From contig NW_021835976.1 in the NCBI RefSeq assembly GCF_006345805.1, positions 5,548 to 69,547 on the forward strand: a stretch of 64,000 nt of DNA. The letters run 5' to 3'. Below, in pieces: positions 1-12,240 of this stretch. The notes under the pieces are model-generated. The model did not search any database and had not been told where the DNA came from. It saw only the letters and a list, made by a program, of their open reading frames with translations. The position numbers were made by a program, and so were the translations under genes. How positions within the stretch are numbered: position 1 is the first letter of the stretch; every line of letters begins with the position of its first letter. The DNA comes from Octopus sinensis. Its lineage: Eukaryota.

Positions 1-775
1 ATATATATATATATATAAATATATATACTTACATATTGTTATACACATGTAAATATATATGTGTGAACATGTATGTTTGTGTGTGTCTGTATCTGTATCC
101 GTGCCTCTGTGTGTCTATAGGTATATAAATATACATCCACCTTAAAAACATATCTTGTAAAAAGATAGTTACACAAACATCACCATTCAAAAACTTACGT
201 TGATATTTAATACTTTATCTCCCTCATCACTCTATCTATTTAATTGTTTATCTATCTTCATGTGTCTATCTGTATGTGTATATCTCCGTCTATAACTTTG
301 TATCTTTGTCTCTATCTGTCTGTCTCTCTCCGTCTCTCTCTGTCTCTCTCTCTCTATATATATATCTATCTATCTATCAATCTATCTATCTATCTAATAA
401 ATGACTGAATGTCATTACCCGTATATAATATGAATTAAGTAAAACACGGTAGATTGGCAGTAAAATAAGTCATAGTTTCATATTTACGCAGATAGAAAAT
501 AAGAGAGACAATATAATACATAGCTTTATACATAACCAGATGATATTTAACGTTGATAACAGGGATATATATATCAAAGCATTGTGTTCGATGCTCCACC
601 GATTGTGGAAACCCATTACTTTAACAAGATATATGAATTACACCATAGGAAGAACCTTACACTCACTTCTGTTGCAGAAACAACGACAATGAAATCGCGT
701 TGTTATCAATATCTTAAACTAGGTAATTACAGCTTTTAAAATCTCACAACGTGAGATATTCAGCAACAGTACTTT

Positions 776-972
776 GTAGTAAACAATGTTTGCCAGCATA
801 ACATGGTAGTCCTGGTTTAGGACTAATTCTGCAATAATTTAGCCCCAGGAGACATCGTCTCCAACTGGCTATATGACACGATCTGTGTCCTTATATTTTC
901 GAACAAGGGGATCTAGCAACATTAGTCCTAAACCAGGGCTGCCATGTTATGTTGGCAAACAATCTTTACTAC
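776..972. repeat. Inverted repeat, ~52-bp arms (776-827 / 921-972), MITE/foldback-like
   Basis: GTAGTAAACAATGTTTGCCAGCATAACATGGTAGTCCTGGTTTAGGACTAAT matches the reverse complement of 921-972 with about 5 mismatches; 93-bp spacer. Confidence 0.85.
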
Positions 973-1079
973 AATTTTCTAAATATTATAAACCCAAGGA
1001 CAAAAACTTTGACGGACTGGGGCTTGATTGGATTGACACAGCGCTTAACTGGTACACTTTGTATATACACACACACACA

Positions 1080-1124
<45 letters not shown>

Positions 1125-1859
1125 ATATGAAGCCTATTTGTGAGCTTTTATACGATTAAAAATGCTTGAAAAAACAGCCAGTTTCCATCAAATTTCACGT
1201 TAGTGCAGTATATTTACTGTTATCGTTTTAATAAACAAATAAATAAATAAATAAATAACGTTGTGATCGAAGTTCTCGAAACTTTTTCTCATAAGTGTGC
1301 TGTGTGTAAGATGAAGTTGGCCTAAGCAACAAGACCAACTGTGAAGGATTGGACTACGAAACACGTGATTGGGAAATAAAGACGTTTATCCTTAGCAACA
1401 CATCCACACCTTTATACACATTTGTAGATATTACTCGAAGTAATATAATTATAAAAATTATAATATAAATATAGAAAGGTTTGCTCGAGCTCTGCTATTC
1501 CAGTTCGCACAGAGGTGATTTGAGAAATTATTTTTTTGTCTTTTAAAGAGAAAGGATTTATTAAGTAATGTTGTGAAACATAGCACATTAAAAGGACGGT
1601 TGGTCATGCTTGGCAACATTTAAATCATAGTTCAGCTCGATCAGGACTCACCCGGGGCTAAACAGCTATTTTATTATAGGACCGTGGTGTACAAAAAATA
1701 TAAGCAACAGACTTTAATGTTCAATTAACGAATACAAATTACGGAAGAAGAAAAAAATACCGCTAAGTGTCTTTTACTGGAAATGGTTCTGGTTGTGGTT
1801 GTCAGAGTTTATGAAGAGAAATAAATGAGGAATCAAACTGAAGGCGAAATAACATTCAC

Positions 1860-1940
1860 ACACACAAACACACACACACACACATACGCGCGAGCACACC
1901 TACATATATACACAGACAAGCGCACACATATACACAAACA

Positions 1941-1971
<31 letters not shown>

Positions 1972-2791
1972 ACATATAATACATATTTACATGAATATAT
2001 ATATATACATAGACATTTATGAATACACATAATATATAAGTATAAGTATATATGCACGTTTGTATATATAATGATTGGAGAACTATTTTTTCACCTCGTT
2101 TTATGTGCTTACTTTATATGTATATATATATATTATATATATATTATATATATATATATATACATACGCGCGCACATATGTATTTGTATCTATATGTCCT
2201 AGTATCCTGTGTGTATACACGTACGTATAAGTAAAACGTAGCGAGTAGACATCATGATGGTAATACGGATATGTATATATATATATATGCACGTGTGCTT
2301 ATGTGAGGCTATGTATACACTTACACACATACACAAACACAAACACACAGAGATATATTTATGCATCGGATGGAGATATATTTGAGAAGTGCTTTTTTAT
2401 GTAATCAAAGATATTTTTTATCTTCTGTTTCGTTCCATTTAACTTGCTTTATATTACAGTCACTCTGGAATGTTTCGTTTTCAGCGCGCCAGCTCAGATC
2501 CGGTTTTTGCGCCACGCTGAAAATTCGGACAGCCATTTTTCTTTGATGTACATATATACATACGTACATACAAACACATAAGTGTGTCACATACACACTC
2601 TCTCTCCCTCTCTCTTTCTCTCTCTCTCTCTCTTTCTCTCTCACTCACTCTTTAACTCCCTCTCTCTCAATCTCTCTTTCTTTCTCTTTCTCTCTTTCTC
2701 TCACCCTTTCTCTCCCGCTGTCTTTCTATCTCTCCCTCTCCCGTTATATATATATATATATATATATATATAACATATTCACACATATATA

Positions 2792-2859
<68 letters not shown>

Positions 2860-2923
2860 TAAATATACACATATACATATGGATATATATATATATATAT
2901 GTCTGTAAGTATGCATAATATAT

Positions 2924-2963
<40 letters not shown>

Positions 2964-3044
2964 AGATGCACACATACATATATACATGCATAAATACAAA
3001 CATATATATAAAAATATGTATATATATATGTGTGTGTATGTATG

Positions 3045-3086
<42 letters not shown>

Positions 3087-3090
3087 CTGA
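1860..3090. repeat. Compound (CA)n/(TA)n/(CT)n/(TACA)n microsatellite cluster
   Basis: Directly visible; explains the [12 protein letters not shown] ORFs in the track. Confidence 0.95.
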
Positions 3091-3716
3091 GAAGGAAAGA
3101 CACAGAGACAGAGGAAGGTGCATCAATATATCTGAGTGTGTATGTTTGCGAGAGTGCGTATCTGTGCGTGTATATGCGTGCTGTGTTGAGTGTATGCGTA
3201 TACTTATCATAATATTGCTTACAGCTTCAATATCAGAAACAAGATTATACACATCTCTTTACTGTAACCGCAAAAAATATCATTTGCAGCGACCTGACAA
3301 TTTTCTCGGCTCTCCATGTTGCCGGACGGAAGGACTCAATTCTATGAGGAATGAATAAACCAAGCTGTTTGTATGAATTTTGTTGGATAATTTGTTGGCT
3401 TGAAGCATGAAATTTTTGGAAGTTCACCAAGAATTCTTCACTATTTGAAAGCATATTCAATGCGTAACCAATGCTTATTCAATATATCTCTTCAATACAT
3501 GTTATTGTTTATTCATTAAAAGTTGAATTTACTTTTGCTACATAACAATAAATATTTCCTGTAAATCATGTAACTTATAGCGTATGTTGGCCTCTCGCCT
3601 AGTACATGGCATGCTGAGGGATCCGCAGTACAACCAATATTAATCTCACTGTATAGAAAATTCATCAGTGTGTATTTTGTTATACAGTAGAATTGTAAGG
3701 TGCATAATATAGCAAC

Positions 3717-3915
3717 ATGAGGTGCATTCCATAAGTTTTAAGACATTTTCAAGGGAGGCAATTATTACTTTCCAAGTACAGAGAATCCTTGAAAGTAGGA
3801 TTCTCTCATGTCACTTCAACTCACTTGTTGTAGTGCTTCGGCCATTTCATGAAAGCCCCGCGAATGTCCTCCGAAATGAAAGTATCCAGATACTCTGCAC
3901 ATGCAAGCTAACAGA
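3717..3915 (-). mobile_element. mariner transposon 3' end remnant (transposase C-terminus plus TIR-like end)
   Basis: Minus strand reads AEYLDTFISEDIRGAFMKWPKHYNK*VEV then SYFQG in a shifted frame, resembling the mariner C-terminus; TIR-like TGAGGTGCATTCCATAAGTTTTA at ~3718-3740. Confidence 0.6.
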
Positions 3916-3995
3916 TTATGGAAATATAATTAAGGCTACAGCACGTGGTATAAATATATATACATGCCGTGTATATATATTTATTTGTGTGTGTG

Positions 3996-4045
<50 letters not shown>

Positions 4046-4112
4046 CACACATATACACACACACACACAAGCACACACACATATATGTATGTGTATATAT
4101 ATATATATATAT

Positions 4113-4555
4113 AATTAATTATATTTATATTGTATAGAGGGCATTATTACACATAAATGCCTCACACTAAGAGGGACAAAGTCATTACTACCAAAATTAC
4201 ACTAATCATACCTAATGCAGTTCTTCAAAGCAAGACATTTAAAAAATGAATTTAGTTCTGTATCACCGTGATTTCACATTTAACTTACGTCTATGATCAT
4301 CAGCAGAACTGATTCTGAACACATCATAAATAAACCACCAACCTTACCTAGTAATTTTGGTAGTAATGACTTTGTCCCTCTTAGTGTGAGGCATTTATGT
4401 GTAATAATGCCCTCTATACAATATAAATATAATTAATTTGTTCAAAAGGAAAAAAAATATTTTCGAATACTTTTCTCTTATGAGGTTTTTCACGCTAACT
4501 ACCTGATAATTTCTTGTTAAGATTCCTTATTAAGAAGTTATCCTTAATTGTTAAA
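4113..4555 (-). mobile_element. Short Penelope-like 3'-end insertion with a perfect 88-bp inverted duplication
   Basis: 4113-4200 is the exact reverse complement of 4351-4438; minus strand at 4465-4485 encodes PHKRKVF, like PLE endonuclease C-termini; hammerhead in the spacer; flanked by (TA)n on both sides. Confidence 0.7.
4255..4309 (-). ncRNA. Type I hammerhead ribozyme, complete core
   Basis: Minus strand: GUUCUG-CUGAUGA-UCAUAGACGUAAGUUAAAUGU-GAAA-UCACGGUGA-UA-CAGAAC; 6-bp stem I, stem III AUCAC/GUGAU, AUA cleavage triplet. Confidence 0.85.
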
Positions 4556-4659
4556 TATATATATATATATATATATAAATAATTCACTGAAATCGGAAAT
4601 TTTTGAGTGCTCGATCTGGTTTAATTTTGTTTTTATATATTTTTTCTATTAACATCAAA

Positions 4660-4860
4660 GTAGCGTGATGGCAAACTCGATAGCAACCCACACAAAATGC
4701 TTAGACGCTTTTCTCCACGATTTTTAAATTCTGAGTCCAAATTGTAACCAGGTCAACATGCTTTTGGTGTCGATAAATTGCATAGTAATCAAGTATTGCG
4801 GTTGATGTAATCGTCTTGCGCTTTTCCTTTAAAATTGCTGGCCTTCAGTTTAAAACACAA
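4660..4860 (+). mobile_element. SINE family A, degraded copy
   Basis: Retains AAATGCTTAG, GTCGATAAATT, GATGTAATCG and AAATTGCTGGCCTT blocks of family A. Confidence 0.6.
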
Positions 4861-5189
4861 AGAAATATTTCTTGGGGCAACTCCATGTCATTGTGACATA
4901 TCACTCTCCTACGTATATATTATAGAATATCAATAATGATTAAGTGGATTATATAACTAGGCAGACAATGGAGAATTGAGAGAAGGAAAAGAGTTAATTG
5001 ATCAAAAAGAAGAGAAAAAGGAGACAATGAATGAGAGGAAGTAAAAGAGGGAAGGAGGTTAAGTGAAATATTAGAGAGACAGAGAGACAGAGAGACAGAA
5101 AGACAGACAGACTGACAGACAGAGAAGGAGAGAAAGAGTGACGGAAAAAGAAAGGAATTGGAGAATGTTTAAATGCAGTAAACATTAAG

Positions 5190-6117
5190 AACATAAGATG
5201 AAAAAATATACGGTTATGTAAATATGTGTCGTTGTTGTAGTGAAATTTTGATGTTGAAGGTGTTGCTTAAATAGTTGTTGCGGCATTGATTGTTGTTGCA
5301 ACTTTTGGCCTTCTTGCTGTGATGGTGGTAACAGTGCCGCCGTTCCTTTAGCTCCATTTTGTTGTTGATGAGAGCAGAGGGACTTCAAATATATGTTAGA
5401 CCCACAAGGGTGGCACCTTGGCCTTCTGCCTTCCATCACGACATGAAGTTGTTGTTCCATTGAGCTGCACGATTCCGGTTTTACCTTGAACAAAATTTCC
5501 AACACGATCCCGGACCAGTTCTCCTTCCGATATTTATTTATTTCTACAAGCGAATCCGGTCCTTCGACCACAGCACACGCACCCAACCACCAAAAAGTCT
5601 AATTCTGGTGGCATATTGGATACGTTAACATTTATCACCCACTGATCTAGGTATGAGGGGAGGAGGAGGAGGAGGATATCTTCGTGTTTGCACCGGACCA
5701 TTGAATGTTTTGGGGCTAGTGCCTCTGTGAGAAATCTCACCTCTACGGAACCATGTTTTTCTCGCGCGAGGAAATCAATATCAGTTCAAATGTCCTTCAA
5801 GCATTTTTCTATTTGAATGTGTGGAGTATTGAAGATTTTCCACGTCTTTAGCGACACACAATTGTATGCGATTCTCCTTCTGACCGTCTTCTCCATCAAA
5901 TCTGAAGGGATACAAGCTTGGTTCTCCTATCACCTCTGTTGAGGAGTTTTTCTCCTTCACTCAGGTACGCATGCTTTCCTTCCAGGGAGATTTGCACCTG
6001 CAATTTTGTAACCCCTACAAAGGAGTTGTTTTTATCGTTGATGTTATTGTTAGTGTTGACTATATGATTTTTGCTGCTGATGCTGTTCCTATCACTGATG
6101 GTGATAGTCGGAGCCAA
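5190..6117 (-). mobile_element. Decayed gag-like ORF1 of a non-LTR retrotransposon
   Basis: Frameshifted ORFs join to ...VNVSNMPPEL...ENWSGIVLEI...LHVVMEGRRPRCHPCGSNIYLKSLC, a degenerate CX2CX4HX4C knuckle. Confidence 0.55.
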
Positions 6118-6209
6118 TGTTATTTGTGGTGATGTTTATATCATTGACCAAAGTGGTCAAGCTACTTGCTAACGGGGTGGGGGTCCTTTTGGATTGTAGC
6201 TGTACTGCT

Positions 6210-6430
6210 AATTTTGGTACTGCTAATTTTGGCACAAGGCCAGCAAATTTGAGGGAAATGGAAGTCGATTACATCGATCCCAGTGTTCAATTGGTCCTTT
6301 TTTATCGACCCCGAAAGAATGAACAGCAAAGTTTGACTTCGGAAGAATTTGAATTCAGAACGTGAAGGCGGACAAAATACCGCTAAGCATTTTGCTCGGC
6401 GTGCAAACGATTCTGTCACCTCAACGCCCT
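6210..6430 (-). mobile_element. tRNA-headed SINE family A
   Basis: Reverse complement of the family A consensus visible in the window (GGCGAGCTGGCAGAATCGTTAGC...GAGTTCAAATTCC...GGGGTCGATAAA...GGCCTTGTGCCAAAA); resembles octopus tRNA-derived SINEs, exact family not assigned. Confidence 0.85.
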
Positions 6431-6445
6431 AATAATAATAATAAC

Positions 6446-6488
<43 letters not shown>

Positions 6489-6506
6489 TAATAATAATAA
6501 TAATAA

Positions 6507-6542
<36 letters not shown>
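6430..6542. repeat. (AAT)n microsatellite
   Basis: Directly visible. Confidence 0.95.
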
Positions 6543-6543
<1 letters not shown>

Positions 6544-6544
6544 T

Positions 6545-6752
6545 CTACTATAGGCCCAAGGGCTGAAATTTTGGAGGAGGGGTTAAGTCGATTACATAGA
6601 CCCATGTACTCAGGTTGTACTTAATTTATCGACCCCGATAGGATGAAAGGCAAAGTCAACCTAGGTGGAATTTGAATTCAGAACGTAGCAATGGACTAAA
6701 TACCGCTAAGGATATCGTCCAGCATATTATCAATCCTGCCAAGTCACTGCCT
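6545..6752 (-). mobile_element. SINE family A
   Basis: Same blocks (AAGTCGATTACAT, TTTATCGACCCCGA, AATTTGAATTCAGAACGT, CCGCTAAG). Confidence 0.85.
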
Positions 6753-7449
6753 TAAGGTAAGACTAAGCCCTCAAACATAGGAAAACCACCCTCTATCGAA
6801 AAACATAATATCCAAATTTCTACATTATGTATTTATAACCTATTTATAATTTCAAAATGGCCGCCAAACGTCCGACTAAGCAAACATATCCATATTTTAG
6901 GTGAATTTTTCTACCAAACAATCAAAGATTATATGCTCTAACTTGGAATGCCAACAGATTGGAGTGACAGACTAGATGCTGAATCAAAGACATTGATGAA
7001 GTTGGCCTAGATTTCGTTGGGGCGGGGGGCACTCAGCCATATGCAGCAGTTCATGAGTTTTTGACCCCTGGGTAATAGCTTTCAAGTGTCTCTGGATGAC
7101 GAACAAATAAATCTATTCGCACTAAATCAGCATCTAGGCCAGTATCAAAGTAATACACATGCGAACTTTCAGCCTATTATATTAATTATTCGCGGAGATA
7201 TCGTGACTTAAAGATTGCTACTCATAGTCAGAAATGTAATTTTGAAATGAACGCAAAACACGCTGAAAATGGTTGATTTTACAACAATGTCCAACTACAC
7301 AAGGATAATAGTCATATTTTAGAGAAATATTTTCTGCTTTGCAGTCTAATAACGCCCAGAGGCATATCCTTGCGATTTGTATGATTATGCTATCTGAGAG
7401 CGCTTATGTCTCGTTTTGATTATGGATTTTTGTCCCTCACTCAGATGAT

Positions 7450-7990
7450 GGCCATGGTTGAGGCCTGAATTTTGAAAGACATGTATCCTTGCAATTTTTC
7501 CTTGATTGAAAATTATAATGGCATGTTTGACAGCTAACACCAGGCGCAATCGCCCGACAAATGTTGTTTTAGGATACCTTCCTAAACTAAGTTGTGAAAT
7601 GATGCATTGTTAGTTTGTGATCCTCCGTGAAGGCACTTATCCAAGCGTTTGCTCTCATATAAGGCTACAATCACAGGCCTCATTTTATCCAGCACGAATT
7701 TTAGCAGGTAGTTTTTGTTTGTATAACGTTTATCGTCATGTAGGATTTGTCACTAGAGCAGTTGCTGATGGCTGACCCATAATAACCATGTTTGGATAGG
7801 AAGGCTTTCTGTTTGAGCCTACACGCACCTCCAATACCAGTATACTTCTTGCCGTCATCACCGGTGAATGATTACCTTCTTTTTGCATGTACCAGATCCA
7901 TCAGTCTGCGCGCCATCCTCTTCTGCACATGATCAGAGCATTCATATTTCTCAATTTTGATATCCTTGTAGATGGGAGGATCAGCATTGG
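7450..7990 (-). pseudogene. Kolobok/Mutator-like (C/DxxH clade) DDE transposase remnant
   Basis: Minus-strand fragments KIEKYECSDHVQKRMARRL, GIGGACRL...GYYGSAI and KCLHGGSQTNNASFHNLV*...KTTFVGRLRLVLAVKHAIIIFNQG, with stops and frameshifts. Confidence 0.8.
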
Positions 7991-8194
7991 CAGACTAAGA
8001 CAATAGATAGCAGAACAGGAGCTATTTATGCATCATAATTTAACCGTTTTTGAAAGAGGCTTGGGAGTTCCTGTTAGACATGGTTGAAGATGAAGACTTT
8101 CTCTTTTGATGGGGAAATCCCAGAATTGAAAATCTTGACCCGAACCACGAAATCTGAGCTATTAGCACTGGCTTAATAATAATGATGATAATCC

Positions 8195-8608
8195 TTTCTA
8201 TGGCAGACATATAGAGGAGGGGGCTGGTCTATTACATCCACACCAGTACGCAACTGGTATTTATTTTATCGATCCGTAAACGATGGGAGGCAAATTCGAC
8301 CTCGGCAGAATTTGAAATTAGAACGTAAGGACGGGTGAAATGCCGCTAAGCATTTTGCCCGGCGTGCTAACGATTCTACCAGCTCGCCGTCTTTTTTTTG
8401 CAACTTTTGCCACTAGGACAGCAATTTCAAGGGAGGAGATGAGATGATTACATCGACCCCACTGTCCAACTGGTATCTATTTTATCGAACCCGAAAGATC
8501 AAAGGCAAAGTCGACCTCAGCGGAATTTGAAGTCAGAACATAGCGACAGGTGAAATACCGGTAAGAATTACGCCCAGCGCGCTAACGAATCTGCCAGCTC
8601 GCCACCTT
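8195..8608 (-). mobile_element. Two tandem SINE family A copies (~8195-8392, ~8400-8608)
   Basis: Family A blocks twice, each ending in CCAGCTCGCC (reverse-complemented head). Confidence 0.85.
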
Positions 8609-8609
8609 T

Positions 8610-8679
8610 AATAATAATTATAAAAACAATAACAACAACAACAACAACAACAAAAACAACAACAACAATAATAATAATA

Positions 8680-8745
<66 letters not shown>

Positions 8746-8765
8746 CATAATAATAATAATAATGA
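8610..8765. repeat. (AAC)n/(AAT)n microsatellite
   Basis: Directly visible. Confidence 0.95.
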
Positions 8766-9078
8766 TTTTGTTTCTTTGTCTCGTTTGACTACATCTATTT
8801 GTTTATAATTATAGAGGTGGTGATGTATCAAATTGTCTACGCTAATAGATAAGACCCGGAGACTAGTATTAACGCGAAAGTGTTAATGGCAATTAGCCAG
8901 AAATATTAACAATGACAAATAGTAAAAAAAACGAAAATAAAAATATCAGTGATGATAACAATAATAATGAAAGAAAACTGTTGGAATCTCCCCATGTCTT
9001 GATCGAAGATACATCTAGTTATGGTATCACAATAAAACACTTGTAATTGTGCAAACTGATAATCGCTACCTCATATAA

Positions 9079-9945
9079 GTGACAATGAGAAAACATGATA
9101 TTGTGAATAACGGTGGTAATGAAACTGAAGCCCTTGATGGTGACAATGTTGCACCCGGCAGACTCAGAGATACCGGTCCGATTCTCGCCAGTCGGTATCC
9201 AGCAAGGGACCAGCACACACGGCGTAGATGGAACAAACAAGTGAATGATGTGGTTATCGGGTGTTACTACCTGAGCAACCCCGTAGACGAAAATGGTGTT
9301 CATCTTCGGGGATACCGACAACATATGTATGATCAATGGAGAGAAAGAGAATTGTAATAACTCAGGGAAGAGAGATTATGTGATCAAGCTAAAGCGATAA
9401 ACATTTTTTGTTTCAATGACTGAGGCTCTACTTAGAGCCCGAAGCTATCAAAAGACAGGTATTGAAAAACAACGGCAGAGGAAAATACAATTCCTACTGA
9501 TAAAAGTAATCTCATAATAGAAAACAGAAGTGGAATCTCTAATAAGCCACAGGAAAGGAACAGTGTTAGCTTGCTCAATGAAAGATATATAGATGATTAG
9601 GAAGAAGATAATAAAGCTAATGGTGACATGACAGATGGGCAAAAGACAATCTACGACAGAAAAAAGGCAAGTCTACAGGAGAACGATAGCAACATTATTT
9701 GCAAACTTAAAAAGATTGATTTGTGGAAATTGAACTAAGAAACGGAAAATGTGAATGAAATTCTGAAATGTTTCAGAACGAAAACATCACAGAATTAGAC
9801 AATTTCATCAAGGCAGCAAGTATTGTTGTAGCAGAAAATGTGAGTGTTGATGTCAAGAAAAAGAAATATAATGGGAGGGACAAAGGAAAACATTCATGGT
9901 GGAAAAGAAGAATAAAGGCAGAGTTAGATGGTGCTCGAGAATAAA
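9079..9945 (+). mobile_element. Dong/R4-clade LINE, N-terminal fragment
   Basis: RRRWNKQVNDVVIGCYYLSNP...RGYRQHMYDQWRE, then RLCDQAKAI in a shifted frame and SWWKRRIKAELD, typical of R4/Dong ORF N-termini. Confidence 0.7.
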
Positions 9946-10034
9946 AGTGTTACCTTAATTCACAGGTAGTAAACAGCTGACACCCTAGTACGCCTCCAGC
10001 GCTAGAAGCTGTGCAAAGAGCCTACTGATAATAA

Positions 10035-10231
10035 TAATGGGTTCAAATTTTGGGGAAGGGGACAAGTCTATTACATGGACCTCAGTGTTCAACAGGTACC
10101 TATTTTATCGACCCCGGAAGAATGAAAAGCAAAGTTGATCTTGGCGGAATTTGAACTCAGAACGTAGTGACAGACGAAATGCTGCTAAGCATTTTGCCCG
10201 GCGTGGTAACGATTCTGCCAGCTCGCTGCTT

Positions 10232-10232
<1 letters not shown>
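10035..10232 (-). mobile_element. SINE family A
   Basis: Near-complete reverse-complement copy, followed by (AAT)n. Confidence 0.85.
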
Positions 10233-10283
<51 letters not shown>

Positions 10284-10309
10284 TAATAATAATAATACGA
10301 CTGGAACAA

Positions 10310-12240
10310 TACTCATCATCTCCTGCATTCCCCATCTCTACCATCATCACCATTATCATCACCACGAACACAACAAAATCAAAATGAAGAATACCAAAAC
10401 CGTCACTTCAGTGCAGATTCTACACAATAATTATTAGCAAACATACACGAAAATACACTTCTGAAATTACATTGGAGACACCACTAGCATTACTTCATCT
10501 GATATCACTAACGCCAAAAATCCCGATCCCATATAAATAAGCCACCACCCACACTGGCATAAACAAGCTTTCTCACAACAGCTACCAACCTCATTACAAT
10601 TACCAATCTACCAGCAACAATATCATTGACCATAACCGTCACAAAATGGAAATATCTAGTCTACCACCATCTTCACAACCTACCAGGAGAACGACTACCT
10701 TACAATCCATTACTAGAATCAATGACACCGCTACAAAAACCACTACCACACCGCTATCACCTCAAACATAACCACCAGCAAAGGCACGACTACTGCCTAT
10801 ACAAGTATGAGCGGTACCACTTTCACTGTGACATCGAGAACAACTACAACTACGATCACTACAATCACTACCAATGCCGCAAGACTACTACCACCAACAC
10901 CACAAATATCCAAACACGGGACACCACTATCGTTACTACTAATACAAGCATCACTGCAACTACCATCACCACACATCATTACTAATACTACGACGGGCAT
11001 TACCACATCCAAGGTCACTACAATCACCACTAGTACTACAACCACCTCTACAACAGCTACTGTCACCACTACTACCTGGAAATATCTAGCCTACCACCAT
11101 CTTCACAATCATTACGATACGAGGAGAACGACTACCTTACCATCCATCACTAGAATCAACGTCACCACTACAAAATTCACCACCACACCGCTACCACTTC
11201 AAACACAAACACTACAACAAGAATCAGTGCAACAACAACAACAACAGCAACAACAACCAATAAAAGTAGCACTACCACCATCATCACTGTTAACACCACT
11301 ACATTAATATCTCTATAACTGCAATTACTACAACCACTACTATCACAACAACAACCAGTAACCCAACTACCACTACCCATAAGCATCAATGATACCAGTA
11401 CTTGCTTTATCACGAACTTCACTCTCTCCTGTTTAGTATTATCATCACCGCTACTGTCACCACCAGTACCACTATCACTATTACTACCGCCATTCTAACC
11501 GTCTTAAAAACGAACATTACCACCAATACCATCCCCACCACCGCTTCCGCTACAACCATCCACAATTGTAAATAACGTCAGTATCTCTCCATCATCGCCT
11601 GCGATAAATCACCACTACCACCACCATCACCACCACTACCACCAACGTCAATAACACCGCCACTACCACAACCAACACCACCGCCACCAATGTCACTACA
11701 ACCGCCCTACCACTACCACCACTAACACATATTCATCAATACTACTACCCATACTCTGTCACGATCGCATATATCTCTCAAATGCCCATTATTTCTTCTA
11801 CATACAAAACTATCCCATATTATCACCACTACCACCGCCGCCACCACCACCACCACCAGACAACAAGAGGAACATCACCACCGCCACCATGGCCCGTATG
11901 CCGCTACGTATGCTGCTACGTACACCGCCTACCGTCCAGGGACCATCACAAGCTTTACATCATTACCTCTACCACCACGACTACCATCAATATCAGCGCC
12001 ACCACTACAAACACCACCGCCATCACTACAATTTCTCCCACTACCATCACCACCACCACCACTACCACAACCATCGCTATCATCACTACTACTACCACTA
12101 CCACCACAACCATCATCACCACCACCACTACCATCGCCCTCACCAACACCACCATCACATTCACAACCACCACCACCACCACCACTACTACCCCTACCAT
12201 CAACAGCAGCGCAGTGCCATTTACCAAAACCAAACAGAAG
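10310..12240. repeat. Degenerate ACC/ACT/ATC low-complexity region with an internal diverged duplication
   Basis: TGGAAATATCTAG-CTACCACCATCTTCACAA...GGAGAACGACTACCTTAC...TAGAATCAA occurs at ~10647 and ~11077. Confidence 0.8.

Noticed and set aside
2478-2535. GC-rich island with a 9-bp inverted repeat (TTTTCAGCG/CGCTGAAAA) and partial RE1-like halves
   Set aside because: The stem is too short to be significant and the RE1 halves are not in canonical arrangement
3260-3689. Possible TIR element TACTGTA...TACAGTA
   Set aside because: Only a 7-bp terminal match and no internal transposon signature
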